Shown here one piece after another: positions 37,412 to 52,411 of a DNA stretch of 64,000 bases. A model generated the notes under the pieces. The model made no database searches and was not told the origin of the DNA. It saw only the letters and a list, made by a program, of their open reading frames with translations. Position 1 is the first letter of the stretch. The number at the start of each line of letters is the position of its first letter. This stretch comes from Eledone cirrhosa (lineage: Eukaryota). Position numbers and translations under genes: made by a program. The stretch spans positions 35,712,001 through 35,776,000 of the forward strand of contig OZ024745.1 in NCBI GenBank assembly GCA_964016885.1, written 5' to 3'.

Positions 37412-37670
37412 AAATATGTTTAAAATTGAAGTGTCAGTATATATTGTCAAACATATCAAAATATCCACATAATAACCAGTAAATAGATATTAACTTACAC
37501 CATGAAAGTTGAATATCTTGCGTTGAGGTCTGATGGCGTACGCCAACCATGGGAATACGTATTACGTAATTGTTCAATATATAAAGAATATATTGGAAAC
37601 AAGTCTCAGTGTATTTTCATTGAAGTGTTATATATTATGGTCCACCTGGTTCCTTACCACACTTCCTTCG

Positions 37671-37740
<70 letters not shown>

Positions 37741-37925
37741 GTAAAAAAGAAGAAAACAGTAGAAAATGCTAAAGCGGATTTCTCTCAGAATAACATCAAC
37801 ACATTTATTTACACAATAGGAATTTCCGTAATAATTGTTACTGATTTCAGCTTATACGCTTTTTCACACGACGGAAGTGTATAATACAATTAAATTGCCT
37901 ATTAATAAGAATATGGGCAGACATG

Positions 37926-37995
<70 letters not shown>

Positions 37996-38001
<6 letters not shown>

Positions 38002-39976
38002 TATATTACTTCAAAATATTAATAAATATAGACATTCATGTGATCACACATATTTTATTATACATATTTCAGAGGTACTGAGTTATTTCATCAATACCTC
38101 CTCATCAGATAAAATAAATTGATGTCTGACATACCTCAACTGTACTGATGGTTCAATTCCAGGCTTGGCAGTGATTAGTTATGACAAAACAGAGTATTTA
38201 TATACCATAAGTTGTAATATGAAACACTACATATAATAGAGAGGGTGCGTAGGAAAAGGTGTATAAAAAATATATAATAATAAATATAAGTATATATAAA
38301 GGCAAGTAAAAGATATAAACATATAACTACATAACTGTTAAAAATTTAAATCATAAAATATGTAATCCTCCGTTTTATAGAAGGAGCAAATGAGAGAGCG
38401 AGGGAGCTAACTAGAGGAGAGAAAGAAAAGGAAAGAGAGATGATACTAAAAACAAAGACAGGGAGATATGTGTGGTGACATATGATTACATAAGGAGGAG
38501 AATCAAGGTATATGATGCGTGATCGTTTTTTTCAAATATTAAGTTAATTAGAAATAATCAATTAATTAAATAACTTGAAATTTTTAGACTATAATATTTG
38601 AAAGAACCTATATTATTGTATTATATCAAAATTAAAACAAATATATAGTGAAAAAGATAATTTAACATAATTCTTAGGGTAATCAAGAGTATATTTAAAT
38701 TATTAAATATAGTCAATAATTTAGTTAGAAACATCAAAATTAAAAATGTTATTAAAAATGTCATAAAGCTTATAAATGTAGTAAATATGATATTATTAAA
38801 CCAGATTTATTTAGATATGAGCATTTGTATAGTTCTTATATAAACTATAAGATTTAAATCGATATTTGTCAATTATATATAATATTAATTATTACTTATA
38901 ATTACACTTAAGAGTGTTATAATTTTGATTTAACTTGATTTTACTGTATTCAAAATTATACATCAAGTTAAGTACAAATTATTAATCAATTTAGATAAAC
39001 CGAAACTTTTATACGATAAATGTAAACAATATCTTCGTACGACATAAACAAACATTTAAAGTAATTAAACGGTTTACGAGTCTGAAGACATTAGAGGTAT
39101 CAAATTTATAAGATACAAGGTTTAAAAAATACAAAATCAAAACTAAGTGTATTTAAACAATCTAGAGATTAACATATTCTATAAGAGAGCAGGTACACAA
39201 TTTCTATGGTTAGGTAGAAACTTTATATCCAATATTAATAATAGCGATAATAATAAAAGCATTACAAGAATTATTATTCAGAGTCAATATCATTTCACAC
39301 TCGGAATTATTAATAAATCATTTCACACTTAGTCAATGTTTTTCCTAATTTTATATGATGCTTGAAATGTAGATGCAGATTTGTGCAGGCAGTTTGAGAA
39401 TAATTAACTTTTTTTGTTAATTAAATTACCATAATTAGCAATTATTAATAGAATCTCGGTATTGCAAAGATTGCAGTTAGGAGAAATAGAGCTATTTTGG
39501 TAGACTTGACAGTTGCGAAGCTTGGTCCAAAATATTGAATATTTAAAATTTTTCTCTTTTAAAGACCATATTAGTTGTGATAAAGAAGTAGAAATTTCTT
39601 ATCCGGATTAGAAAAAGAATGCTTATGATTGGAAAATCTCAGTTTAAAGCTCGATGAAGTTGCACCTATGTAGTTGTAGGTAATGTTATTTGCTTTAACG
39701 GTACATTTATATACTAAGTTCTTATCAAGGCAGTTATTTTGCAAAGAGCAATCAGATCAATTTCTACAGTTACAGTTAGATTTTCTGTTATTACTATAAT
39801 CTAAACTGTTCGCGTTATCATTGTTAATATGTTTATGTGTTCTACTATAAGTGCTTAAATTAATGTTATTGTTATTCTCTGTATCAATATTATTGTTAAT
39901 ATTAATATTGTCATTATCACTAATTATCTGTTGGTTATCACTAAGAATTCTGCTATTTAATTTTGCAATGTTTTGA

Positions 39977-39980
<4 letters not shown>
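37996..39980 (-). mobile_element. 5'-truncated PLE: GIY-YIG relic, ~1.3-kb AT-rich 3' UTR and 3' hammerhead, with (TA)n at both ends
   Basis: 39345-39980 (-) translates as CNCRN*SDCSLQNNCLDKNLVYKCTVK...NYIGATSSSFKLRFSNHKHSF...TSLSQLIWSLKE...CNLCNTE. Linking the ORF to the HHR is inferred from orientation and flanks. Confidence 0.8.
38051..38116 (-). ncRNA. Canonical type-I hammerhead ribozyme
   Basis: Reverse complement: tattttat-CTGATGA-g-gaggtattga(tgaaataac)tcagtacctc-t-GAAA-tatgta-TA-ataaaata. Stem I is 8 bp, stem II is 10 bp, and the site is AUA. Confidence 0.85.
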
Positions 39981-40029
<49 letters not shown>

Positions 40030-40039
40030 ACAATTACAA

Positions 40040-40170
40040 CAACGGCGCCATACGAGATTCATATGTTTCGTTAGTCCTGATGACCAGCTTTAACCTGTGT
40101 CGATAAAAATGAACCGGAAAAGTTATTCTTCAGGGCTATCGAAACGTACGTTCCTGGTGTGGCACCGTTG
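40040..40170. repeat. Short imperfect inverted repeat next to (TA)n
   Basis: caacggcgccatac...gtttcgttagtcctgatga pairs with tcttcagggctatcgaaac...gtggcaccgttg. Confidence 0.7.
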
Positions 40171-40345
40171 TACTAACTGGTCTTAATAATTATATTCAAA
40201 CTGGCCCTACAGACTTGAGTTGCTCTATACATTGGATATCTCTTCCTGCCTATTACTACTATATATCTACATCTATCTGTCTATCTATATCTATGTAATA
40301 TAATAATAAGCAAGAAAGAAGGTTTCATTTGTACATCCCAATTTA

Positions 40346-40417
40346 TTTTGTTATACGTATTTCAAAGACGTAAGACAGTTATATAACAACTGCCCTACGT
40401 GTTCTCTTCAGGCAAAA
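40346..40417 (-). ncRNA. Type-I hammerhead ribozyme motif
   Basis: Reverse complement: ttttgc-CTGAAGA-gaac-acgtagggcagtt...aactgtcttacgt-cttt-GAAA-TACGTA-TA-acaaaa; stem III is palindromic. Confidence 0.75.
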
Positions 40418-42365
40418 GTCCAAACGAGATGTAACTATCCATTGATGTGTTACCGGCCATACGTGTTATTAACTTCGCCGACCAGTAATCATATGTCCGA
40501 AATTCTCAAGTAGCAGTTCTTATATGTGTGGGAGATAGATATTCCAATTGGCGTTGCTGCTTGTGAACGGGCTAGTCAAGTTTAGAAAATATTTAGTGAC
40601 ATATCACACATATTTTTCTGAGACTTCGTCTAAGATTTGTTGCCGTCATTATGACCTTTGCTGATGGCTGCATTTTGTGAAAATACCACATTTGTATTGT
40701 TTCATGCAAATATTGCTGTTCGTGACTTTAAAAGAAATAATTTCTCATTGTCAGCGATGTATTATATATTCATGTTTGTCTTTACAAATTGCCCGAAGAG
40801 ACACTCAAAATTCTCGAGATCGTGTAATGGTGCAAAGGCAAACGACGACATGTTACACACGCAAGCAAATATTTACAGAATGAAACACATTTTCAAAGAG
40901 AAACAATACATATTATCACCACAATTTCAATGTAATGGATACTCGTATTTTCAAAAAGATAATAATCTAAAAAATAACATTTTTCATTAATTAATAATAT
41001 GGTAATACACTTAGCAAATATGTTGTCTGCTCTGCACAGAACGCAATAATACTTTTTTTTAATTTAAACACAAGTTCAGCAATTGGGAGTTGGTGGAGAC
41101 AATAACAGACCCTAGTGTTTGATTGTTACTTCAATTCATTAATTTCATAAGGATGTAAACACAGTCGACCACGAAAAGATGTGCACTCTTCTGAGTAAAG
41201 AACCATAACTAAATATCCTAACATATTTTACTGACGCTTTAAATATTTTGTGAATCAATTTTTATTGAAACTCGTCTTGATAAAGGCCCTCTATTGGCTC
41301 TTGCTAATACTGAAAAATATTCAGGACTACTTTCTTTGACTGGGTTTTGAAATATTTCCTGATAGTTGGTTGGGGAAGCTTCTATTCCATACTCCAGCGT
41401 TTCCTCTCCGAGCACCAGCACAATATCTATTTTCAAGAAGGCTTTGTCTTCATCATCATATTCATCCAAATGCCTATGGCAAATAACAAATTGTCTCTGT
41501 CTGTGCAAATGTGTGGGTTGTTTGTGAACACATCTTGCAAATATTTCACTAAAGGCGAGACCGTTGGCTATAAACGGCAGAAAAATAACTAATTAGTAAA
41601 TCTATTATTATGTCTCAAAATATTTACACCAGTTCTAAAGTATGTCATGGATTCGTTGAATGTTGTCATCATTATAACAGCTGGTTAGGTATACAACCCC
41701 ATATGGATGCGCGACATTCTGAGTCACAGTCTAAAATGTTGAGTATATTCTTAGACAATCTTTAGCATAATACTTTGTTCCGATACTGACACTGTGTTGA
41801 ATGTGTTCTATGGATTTCGAAATCTGATAAGCTTTTCAGCCCAACGGAAAATAGATCCCTGAACGCTGTTCTTCATTGGAGCAAAGAGAAATAGATTGAC
41901 TATGGTGAACGCAGTGATTACTGATCTGATATTTCAGAATGTTAATTGTTGCAATAAATGCCACGAATCCACCGTCTGTTATTAAAAATAATTTCCTAAA
42001 CAAAGCCAGAATCTTGTGAGGATGGCTGTGGAGAATAGTTATTTCATTGAACCCAGGAGGTATGAAAGACAGTGTCGATACCTGAATTCAGACTTAGCCT
42101 ATTCTGCTAACCCACCGACCTAATGATAATATTGTCTTTGTTTATTAATTCATAATAATAATATTACTGATAAAGTTAGCAATCTTCTTTATCCCACGTT
42201 GAAAATAATTAGAAACTAAAATGTAACCCAACTAACAAAGCAGTCAACTAACCATCCAAAACACCGACTAACAAAACAAATAAATAATCAATAGAAATCA
42301 ATCAATCTTTAGATTTTTGCTTCTAATTTTATATCAGCTAATTGCGTACTACCGTGTCCCCGATT

Positions 42366-42443
<78 letters not shown>

Positions 42444-42466
42444 ATATATATATATATATCGAATAT

Positions 42467-42498
<32 letters not shown>

Positions 42499-42619
42499 AG
42501 TGTGCTTGTGTATGTGTATGTGTGTTCATTGTGTTTATATGCATATATTCATACATATAAGTCAGATACATGGGGTGTAAAAAAAGATGCAGACGACACA
42601 CTAGAACAACCAGACCGTT

Positions 42620-42687
42620 AGAGAAAGAGAGAGATAGAGGTAGAGATACAGATAGAGAGATAGTGAGGGAGAGAAAGAGGGAGGGAG

Positions 42688-42742
<55 letters not shown>

Positions 42743-42934
42743 GAGGATGGAGCGAAAGGAAGATGGTTGATGAATGGGAGAAGGAAACAGGAGTAACAGT
42801 AACAACAATTGGTAAACTACAATTATTAGGCTTAAATTACAACAGGTGAACCAAACATCTATATATATGTAGTCGTACAAATGCACATACTTACACACAC
42901 ACAAAGACACACACACAGACACACACACACACAC

Positions 42935-43010
<76 letters not shown>
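42620..43010. repeat. (GA)n, (CA)n and (TA)n microsatellite cluster
   Basis: Direct reading. Confidence 0.9.
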
Positions 43011-43015
<5 letters not shown>

Positions 43016-43339
43016 TATCTATATTTCTAGACACAAACAGACATATAATCAGAAATCAAGAAATAAGTGCAAAATACATAAAAAAAACTAAAAGAGAAAA
43101 GCTTTGAAGGCTGTAGAGTTTGTAAGCAGGTGGAGTGGTGCCAAAGTGGGGGTGTAGCTTAGGTAATGTAATGTAGTTCTACAGAACTGATAACTCATTG
43201 AAAATACGTCGAAGGTATTTGAATGTGGAAAAGGAAGCATAGCAAGGTTAAATGATGTGAAGTTATCTTGACAAGTTAATAATAATAATGATGATTATCA
43301 TTTGTTTATCCATCACAATCATATCATAATATTAATAAC

Positions 43340-44150
43340 TATTATTTCTTTTATTTGCTATGGGACAGCGAATAAAGAAGGGGATATTATAAATAACAAA
43401 ACAAGGTGGGTGTTTACGACATGGTAAACAAAGGTAAATTTAGAGAATGAAATGAAAAGGCTCGAGTAGAGAATAACCACATAGAATCAAAGAAAATGCT
43501 AACTTTAACGACAATGAAATATGCTCTCTACCAGCTGTGTTCTCAGGCGCACAGGCGTTTACCGAGAATAGTCTTATTATTCTGGAGGGTCAATCACACC
43601 CTATTAACATACATTTTAATTCAGATTGAACACTGTCCTTCACTTTTCACCAAATTTTCTGGAAAACATGACCTCTATTTCTACTAAATGGAAGTCGAAT
43701 AATTTGGTTTATGCTTGGTCGACAAAGAAAATGTCAGCCTTCAGTCCTTTTAATTTTTACCATGATAAAACGTCTTTCGCCAGGTCAATTGATATACGAA
43801 AACTGAAGATCGGTGAAGCGGTTATCAAAACGGAGTTGGCTGAATACTAGATTTGTTCTACATATCACATTTGTTAAGCATAATTCCAGTATTTATCAAG
43901 TTTCAGGCACAGTGTTTGTGCAGAAAAGTTTCGATCCTCTTTGCGCATCTTTAACAGACCCTGAGGTTGCTACTACTATGTGTGCAGAAATTACCGACGA
44001 CACCTCGCCTTCGTCGATCCTAAATCTCTCGAAGATAGAATGTAAATAGTAGATAGCCCACCGGCCGTTTAATTTGAACATAAAAATAAAACTGATCGGC
44101 TGACTACAAATCATATTTCAGGTGATCAAACTTGATCTTCGCTCACGAGG
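43340..44150 (-). mobile_element. Possible highly degraded L1/Tx1-like LINE 3' relic
   Basis: AATAAA-containing 3' end running into (AAT)n at ~43340-43355 (-). VISAHIVVATS weakly resembles RT motif 5 (SAYADDVT). Recognition is weak. Confidence 0.3.
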
Positions 44151-44749
44151 TGTGTCGTGTTATGTAAACGATCTGGCCTATAACATTACATCTGTTGGAT
44201 TGGACAATGTTCAAAAGCTAATAAGCAACGGAAGTGCTGTAAATATTCACCACTTTTCTTGATATTTCAGAGATAGATTTTTACAGCCACTTTTTTCGTG
44301 TCAATCTACATTTCACGTAATCTCGGCCTAGTTCCCATCTATCTAGAAATTTTCCCTAAACCTAACTACAAGCTAACTAAAACGGCTTTCGCTGCTATGA
44401 CTCACAGGAAGCTGGCCGGTGTGAACGACTCACAACTGATATCGAGCGAGCAATAAGCACACCTAGATGTCCTGTTTAATGATTAATTCAACACAGTGCC
44501 TACTGCCTCCATTCCTATGCTGACACACAATAGCGATAAAGGTATCAGCTTACATGACTCTCCTTCCATCGAAGAATGTCCCTTAACGCCACACGTTTAT
44601 GTAGAAATAGCTAGTGCTTCGGGACGTACTAGATCAATGGGAAAAAACAAATATTGAATTGTACTACTGTGTGCCTTACGTTTTCATTTAAATATGAAAG
44701 ACACTGTGTTAAAATAAATATCACTCTGGACAATGGTTCTTACTTTCAG

Positions 44750-44915
44750 AACTACATATTAATTGTGTGGGTGTGAGGAGAATATCGATAACATTGACCC
44801 CATTATCTGACTGGTATTGTATTATATTGACACAGAAATATGAAAGAGAAGTTGGGCCACCATGGGATTTGCAAATGATATGTAAAAAGCTGGGACAAAT
44901 ACCACATGCTACAAA
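44750..44915 (+). CDS. Candidate host exon 1 of 3 (unknown Cys-containing protein)
   Basis: ttactttcAG|...|GTATGT with one open frame LHINCVGVRRISITLTPLSDWYCIILTQKYEREVGPPWDLQMICKKLGQIPHAT; the other two frames have stops. Confidence 0.3.
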
Positions 44916-45192
44916 GTATGTTTCGATGCAAAAAAAAAAACGATTCCAACAATCTTTTAATAGTAGCCTGTAATTTATAAACAAGGCCAGCTTCTTTTTG
45001 TTGCGGCGCGATTGAATCGACGCCAATACTTGATTGGTGATTTATATTATCTAATCCAGTAGAGATTTTAACTCAGAGCCTGAACATGTGCTGCAAAGCA
45101 TTTTGTTACATGTTTTAACGATTCTGCAAACCCATTAATTGTAATAATGATAATGCTTTTAAATTAGATAAAAGGACAGCATATTAGAGGGA

Positions 45193-46166
45193 ATGGAAAT
45201 ACTGCAGGTGCACGTGATCGATAGACACCTTGTGGGCGTGAAGTCTCTATGTGAATGCCCTCGTATTTGTGTTCGTATGAATGGAGCTTCGCCGAAAACT
45301 TTCAATGTCTGTGGCGAACTCCAACAAGGGTGCATAGTTTCATCTCTTCTGTTGATAATCTTCATGTTCAACCGGGTTGGAAATGGATGTAAGTTCAGTT
45401 GGCTGAAATTTGTAGACGGCATAGTAATACGGTAATACGATGATCTTCGACAAGCACTGGGTACATTTGCTGCCGATAGCTGTACGACACGAATGAAAAT
45501 CAGTGCTGCGAAGGCGGAGACATTCTTCTTTTTGTCAAAATAGCCTCTAGATGTGAAGGAATTCTATTGAAGGAGATAGACAAGTTCAAGTATCTGGGGG
45601 CTGTTTTGAAGTGCGATGGAAGGCAGTAGAATTAAATGCAAGAATTACTGGATATGGTGCAGTAATGCGCCAGCTACAGAACTTGGTCATCAGAACAAAG
45701 GAGGTAGGTGTAAAAGCCAAACTCGCTCTCTTTAATTCGGTGTTTGTGGTGACCCTTACCTATGGTCGTGAATACAGAGTGATGACTAAGAATACGACCG
45801 TAAATACAAGTGGCCGAAATGGGATTCTTCAGAAGTGTCTTTGGCATAACCTTATTCGATAGAGTGCGTAGCTCTGAGATCCGAGTATTACTCCAGGAAC
45901 AGCCACTACTTGTAATATCATCATCACGATGCTATGGCGTTGGCGTTAGAATTTCTCAGGAAGCAATCCCCGAAAAGATTTTAGAGGCAAAGCCAACTGG
46001 CAGGAGATCCAGAAGCAGACCACGCGCAAGAAAGTTGGATGACATCCAGGAGCTTGGCTGGTCTCAGTTAGTGATCCAGTCGGATTACTTTCATATTGTT
46101 GCTTCCGAGAGTAACCTGTGGAACACGTGTCTGAATACTCTTCAACCACGACTCTCCCAGGAATAA
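45193..46166 (+). pseudogene. RTE-clade LINE reverse transcriptase relic (3' part)
   Basis: FNVCGELQQGCIVSSLLLIIFM (GLRQGC.LSP.LF), KFKYLG, KAKLALFNSVF..TLTYG.E, AEMGFFR..G.TLFDRVRSSEIR, PTGRRSRSRPR; several frameshifts and deletions. Confidence 0.85.
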
Positions 46167-47154
46167 ATGAGTGAAGAAGAAGAGAATAGAGAAAATTCGA
46201 TTGATTCGGCCTCCATTCTGGTGTGTTACTTTATTTTATCGAATCAGGAGTGTGGGCGTGGATTTGAATTCAAAATAAAACGACAGGACACATACCGTAA
46301 GACATTCTCTCTGACAAATCTGTCAATCAAATTTCTAACAAGGCCAAACATATTAATGGAAGTTTTAGTCGATTATATCGAACGCAGTACTTTCTTTTTT
46401 TTTTATTGCTATTTTATATTGTAATCAGTGAACAATAGCATCTATAGTTACAGGTGGCCAACAGGATTTTCACTGGTTCATTGCATTACTGACACATCTC
46501 TTGATTTGTTTCTCAATCTTCTACTGTTTACATTCTATGTATTTTTAACGCACTAAAGTCTATATTTTTATATGAAATTATCGACCGCTCTTAAAATGTA
46601 TTTCGAAAACACTCCCTAATGCCTACTGTAACATAATAGTTTATTTATATAGAGTCATACGCGATTTTAAAACGACTCTAAATTACACATTTCGTATGAA
46701 TAGAGCATCCTGGGCAAATTGTATATACAGAAGGGAAATATTATTAGCGTGACGGTATTCCACTCTATCCATAATCGTTTTTCCATCACTTCACTTTTAT
46801 TTTACCTTAACCAGAACATGTATAGAAACAACGGTACTTCTATAAATAGTTTGTCTTCCACTGATCAATACTTTATGATAGAGATCTGAGGTATAGGTAT
46901 AAATCAATTGAATATTTATTTAGAACGTATGAGTCAGCCCCTTAATGTAGACCATATATATATATGCTCTGCATGTATATATATATGAAGACGAGCTGTA
47001 TCGACCTTTGCTATTTTGCTTTTCCCTCGACAATATCGTTGACATGAAGAGGGAGACAAGTATGTATGAGTGACAGCGCGAATTGATAAACAGTAGTAAT
47101 GATGCTAGGGTGCTCTTCTTGATTTGCTAAGAATAGCAGAGTCACAATCACAGC

Positions 47155-47205
47155 TTATTAACAAACAATAACAAGGTAGCCGGGGGCCAGCCGGACGGGA
47201 CATTA

Positions 47206-47241
<36 letters not shown>

Positions 47242-47276
47242 TACTGTCCGGCTACCTTGTTATTGTTTGTTAATAA
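47155..47276. repeat. 29-bp inverted repeat closing around a (TA)n tract
   Basis: ttattaacaaacaataacaaggtagccgg ... ccggctaccttgttattgtttgttaataa. Confidence 0.85.
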
Positions 47277-47415
47277 TATATATATATATATATATATATG
47301 TAGGAGGTGAGTTTTATTGTAGTACAATAAAGCAATGCAGATATCGGATAAGAAGCACTCAACAGTTTGTAGGACTGGAGTATACATAATATATAAGAAC
47401 AAAAGATCTTTTGTT

Positions 47416-47600
<185 letters not shown>

Positions 47601-47715
47601 CATTATGGACGAACGCGTGAGTATAAGTACTGAATTTCAACGTTCAATTATCATGATTACACGCTGAGTGTTGTTGGGGTTCCTCCTGCGCCCCTCACAG
47701 GATCATCACCGCACG

Positions 47716-47762
<47 letters not shown>

Positions 47763-48167
47763 CCTTCCCCCCTATATATATATATATATATATATATATG
47801 ACGGCTGAGTGAAACGTGTACTCAATACCGAAGAAGAATATTATTATTCATTTTAAGGCTGAGTTGTGAATCCTCCCACGATGGGATCCAGTCCAAAGCA
47901 CATTCTGACTTCCAGAGGCATGTGAGTCTCCCCACTCACGCCTGTGCAGTTATTTCTGGCACCACACGTGAATAATGGAGTTCCATCATCCGTCCAAATC
48001 AACAGTAACATATTTATTAAATTTAACATATATATTTAAATTTAATAAATATGGATAATTTTTAATATCGTTTCGTTTTCTTTTTTTTCTTCAAAACTGC
48101 TTGAAAATTTATTTCTCTATAAAAATTGATCGATGATATAATAAATAAAAAGAAACCGATTTTCCAG

Positions 48168-48184
48168 ATGTGGACAAGGAATCT
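48168..48184 (+). CDS. Candidate 17-nt microexon (exon 2 of 3)
   Basis: ttttccAG|ATGTGGACAAGGAATCT|GTACGT. Its phases exactly bridge exon 44750-44915 (ends phase 2) and exon 52412-52554 (needs phase 1). Confidence 0.25.
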
Positions 48185-48674
48185 GTACGTATTGGTTTTT
48201 TGGTTTTTTTGTTTCATTGTAGAAACTGTTTGCTGTTTCTTGGCAAAATATAGTTCAACATTAATTTTGTATTACCTATTTTTTCTTAGTTTTCTGAAAA
48301 CTTCCTGTTACTAAGAATGTGGACGTTTAAAAATATATGGACTTACATATGTCTGTTAACCGTCACATAATCGACATAAACACTTGTTCGCTTGTTTATT
48401 TGTATAGGTTTGATATATACATATACGTGTAAAGACATAGATATAAACACAAAGGGATTACATTGATTTTCATCATTGATCTACCAACCACACCTGCACC
48501 ATCATACACTTAACCTTGTCCTTAACACACTACATATATTATTGATCTCTTTCCTAATCGCAGGCAAATTACTTCAGCCTTATTCGTGTCACCCTCACTT
48601 TGATATGTGTATGTGTCTCTTCCACCTGTCGAAACCATATACTATATCTTTCATCTATTCTTACCACTCTTTGT

Positions 48675-48825
<151 letters not shown>

Positions 48826-49976
48826 GATTTTTCTTTGGCATGAGAATGTTTCATATTCACTATTAATTTGTATAATTTGTTTCTAAAATTCCGTTTGTTA
48901 TTCTTGACGATGAGGTTTTCAGACATACATGAAAGAAAGTCATATTTAGACTGGTGGAAACAAACATATTTTATTGAACATGCTACGGTACCTAGAACGA
49001 TGAATGGCAAAGATGATCTAGGAAGGATGTGAACTCAGAAAACTATCGACCTTGACAAAATGCAGAATTTTGCCATCCCCTCAGTACAGATCATCAGAAT
49101 ATCTTTTACCATAAACATGCGCCAGAAAAGTTTCGAGAAGATCAAATGAGGATATCAATATAACTACTTTACGCGTATCGATTTTATCAAAATGGATTTT
49201 AGTAGGATATGAACGTATAAATAGTGCAAGATAGTTTGTTTGATACCGAACTCATACTGGTACATCGTGATAGGTATGAAGGGTCAGTGATCTTACTGTT
49301 GTCTAGACCTGATCGAACGGACGTATGGCAATGACAGAGTAGAATTTTCGGTGAAGGACTAGAAACGAATGAAGAAAGATTTTCGAAATCGCATAGTATT
49401 TTAGAAGAACATTAAGGAAGTGATGTTGATGAGGAAGAATTACATATGTATATGTTGACTATGGCTACATTCTTAGTATAAGGAACTTTTAGTGAAAACT
49501 AAGCAAAATAAGTATTACAAAATTAATGTTAAACTATATTCTGTCAAAACCCAGCAACAAGTATTTGCAATAATAAATAAAAAAAAAATAATATGAACAG
49601 ATTCCTTCTCACATCTGGAAAGTCGGCTTCCTATAATTTAGTATATTATTGATAAATCTTTATAGAGAAATAATTTTTCAAGCATATACGAATAAAATAA
49701 AAAAAAAAGACGAAATAAAAGCATTAGAAATTCTGCGTATTTTAAAAATCAGATTGTTCTGACAAGAAAGATTACGATTTAATGTGTTATAAAAACTATT
49801 TAATTATAATTAAATTAAAAGTGCGACGTACAGAAGTCGTTGAATTGTATGCCACTATTACTAAAAGGTTTATAATTTTAATTCAGCTACTATGAAGTTT
49901 CTCGAATTAAAAGAGCTTTGAATAGAAATAATTAGATCACTGGTGATGATCAATTTTAAACAAACATACACTCACG

Positions 49977-50045
<69 letters not shown>

Positions 50046-50149
50046 TCATACTCAAACACACGTAAATGTATGTATATGTGTGTATGTATGTATGTATACA
50101 TGAATGTATTTTTATTTTGAGAGAGAGATATGTATATATAAGGAAAAGT

Positions 50150-50830
50150 GACCGTATCCTCTAGTTTGACGAGGGTATGTTCTTTTGTGAATTTTAGGAG
50201 AGCCTGAGGTTTTTTTTTATTTTTTATATTTTCTATAAACATAGCTTCTCTGTCTGCCCTCTCCATTTCATTGAAAAGTCTAAAATCGGTTTCATATTTA
50301 TCCAATGCCTGCTTCAGATGGAATTCCTTCTTGTTCTTTAATTGTATATCTAACCGTTTACAATCTTCGTTTTCCGTCTCATAAGGGTTGTTCTGTCTCT
50401 GGGAATAATATTTTTGTGTCTGTTAGTTTTTCTCTCTGGGGCAAACATAAACCATATGCTTTTTATTGTTGTCATGAAAGGCTTAATTTGCACGTTGACG
50501 TTGACTATATAATTTTAGTTCTATTATGTTATTATACGAGAAAATGGTCTGCACCACCTTTACATTCTGGATGAGTGCCGTGTTATCTTTGAAGTAGAGA
50601 TCAAGAAAATCTGAGTTGAGTACCATTTGTTCCATGAATAGTCAGTTTATAAATTTCAATAGGAAATCTGTCAGTCTTTTCTCTTTTACTGAAACTCCTG
50701 AGAGGAGGTGGCCTTCGGTAAATTTGACCTTGGGGAGGTTAAAGTCTCCCAGCTGTAGTGTGTTGAGGCTCACATGTAATTTTGTAAGTACTTCTTCCAT
50801 ATTTGAAGTTGTATTCGTGACTAGGGAAGT
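50150..50830 (-). pseudogene. LINE (CR1/L2-like) apurinic endonuclease and linker relic
   Basis: Minus-strand translation LGDFNLPKV...MEQMV...FLDLYFKDN...IQNVKVV matches the APE GDFN and LDL motifs. Downstream IENIKNKKKPQALLKF resembles the I.K.NPK.F linker. Confidence 0.6.
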
Positions 50831-51044
50831 CTAGTTACCGATATGTGACATATACTATCATTTTGAATTGCTTTATGTGTATTATTAGTGGTTCACAGAC
50901 GGAACCGGAATGTGAGAATAGTACTAAGAGTGTGACATCTTCAGGGATTTAAGAACTGGAGATGAGATCGGACCCGATAGTTTTAAAATAAATCCCACCA
51001 AAATGCCGTACGTGACTACTGTTTTCCTACGATTCCAGCATAAG

Positions 51045-51175
51045 TTACGGGTGCATACCTAATATTTTAGCTTTAATTACGGGTGCATACCTAACATTTT
51101 AGCTTTAATTACGGGTGCATACCTAACATTTTAGCTTTAATTACGGGTGCATACCTAACATTTTAGCTTTAATTA
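51045..51175. repeat. Four tandem copies of 32-bp TTACGGGTGCATACCTAACATTTTAGCTTTAA
   Basis: Direct reading; one mismatch in copy 1 and no spacers. Confidence 0.95.
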
Positions 51176-51635
51176 AGATGTTTCTCCATTTAACATATAA
51201 TCGGTATCTCGTATTCGAGGTTATATAATGCAGATAATTCTATAATTAATACTGCCCAATGGTAAACACTAATCATTAAGTTGTTCATGATAGAAACATT
51301 ATGATTCAATGTTCATAACTGAATTATTTAACACCCAACATCATGCTCCACATGAAATCACATTAGCATTACATACTAACGTATCAGAGTAAAAACTGAT
51401 GCCTTTAATCTAATGCTGAACATTTCACAACAATATGCTAAGTAGTAAATTTCCTATAAACCTTTGAATTGATAAACCTGTTATCAGATATTTTCAGTTG
51501 AAACATTACAGTGTGTGAACTTTTAAGTGACTGGGGTTCTTCATAAATAGACGGCATAAAACAAATATTGGCATCTCTTGATTAAAATATAAATGCTGCT
51601 ATATTTCTATTTCTCACACGTTTCCATGAACATTG

Positions 51636-51912
51636 TCAACTTTGCCTTTCATCCTTACGGGGTCGATAAAATAAAGTACCACTAATGTATTGGGTAATTG
51701 CTGGCCTTGTGCCAAAAGTAGGCACAATTATTACTCTATCAGTAGAGGGTAGGACGCCATGTTTTGACGTATAGAGTTACGGCCCTTGCCATTCTGAGTT
51801 CAAATCCCGCCGAGGTTAACTTTGCCTTTCATCCTTACGGGGTCGATAAAATAAAGTACCAGTAATGCACTGGGTAATTGCTGGCCTTGTGCCAAAAGTA
51901 GAAACAATTATT
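51636..51912 (+). mobile_element. Two tandem SINE copies (truncated 51636-51732; near full 51737-51912)
   Basis: GAGTTCAAATCCC B-box, same body as the copy at 3540, and an ACAATTATT tail. Confidence 0.85.
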
Positions 51913-52411
51913 ACTCCTATTGATCACTCACCATCGAGGCTGACACCTGGTCATATAACGCCTGAATCTAGATATATAAATGTGCGTTTTTATCCCTAGA
52001 TATGCATCCTATTTCCCTACATGAAATAATTTCAAATTAGTTTGTTAATCTGATGAAACTATATTTTGATATTTCTTGCGCCGATCACATTAACAAAATA
52101 ATTCTTGGCTTTCGATTTCTAAGCCATAATCAACCAAATCATTATACATGTCTAAACCAAACCATTGTACATGTCATGACAACATACGATGCTTCCAAAA
52201 TGTTATTATGTTGCAATATTTTGTGATGAATTTATTGATTGCAGAATATTATTTTATATTTAATTTTATTGTAAACAGTTGTATATCATGGTGTTCCTTT
52301 AAGGTTCAGCAATCAGCAATACACCTCACTGCGTTCTCTGCGCTGAACAATTGCCATGTTGACTTTTATTGTAGTGACGGCCCTGATCAAGATTACTGCT
52401 CACTCTTTCAG

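Noticed and set aside
40060-40155. CTGATGA ... GAAACGTACGT as a hammerhead
   Set aside because: No stem I pairing on either strand; kept only as an inverted repeat.
41239-41508. 89-aa minus-strand ORF, possibly an exon or transposase fragment
   Set aside because: No recognisable motif or convincing splice pair.
51045-51175. 32-bp repeats resembling a CRISPR array
   Set aside because: The copies are head-to-tail with no spacers, no cas genes, and a eukaryotic context.
51737-51815. tRNA gene
   Set aside because: It has a B-box-like motif only, with no cloverleaf, and is the head of a multi-copy SINE.
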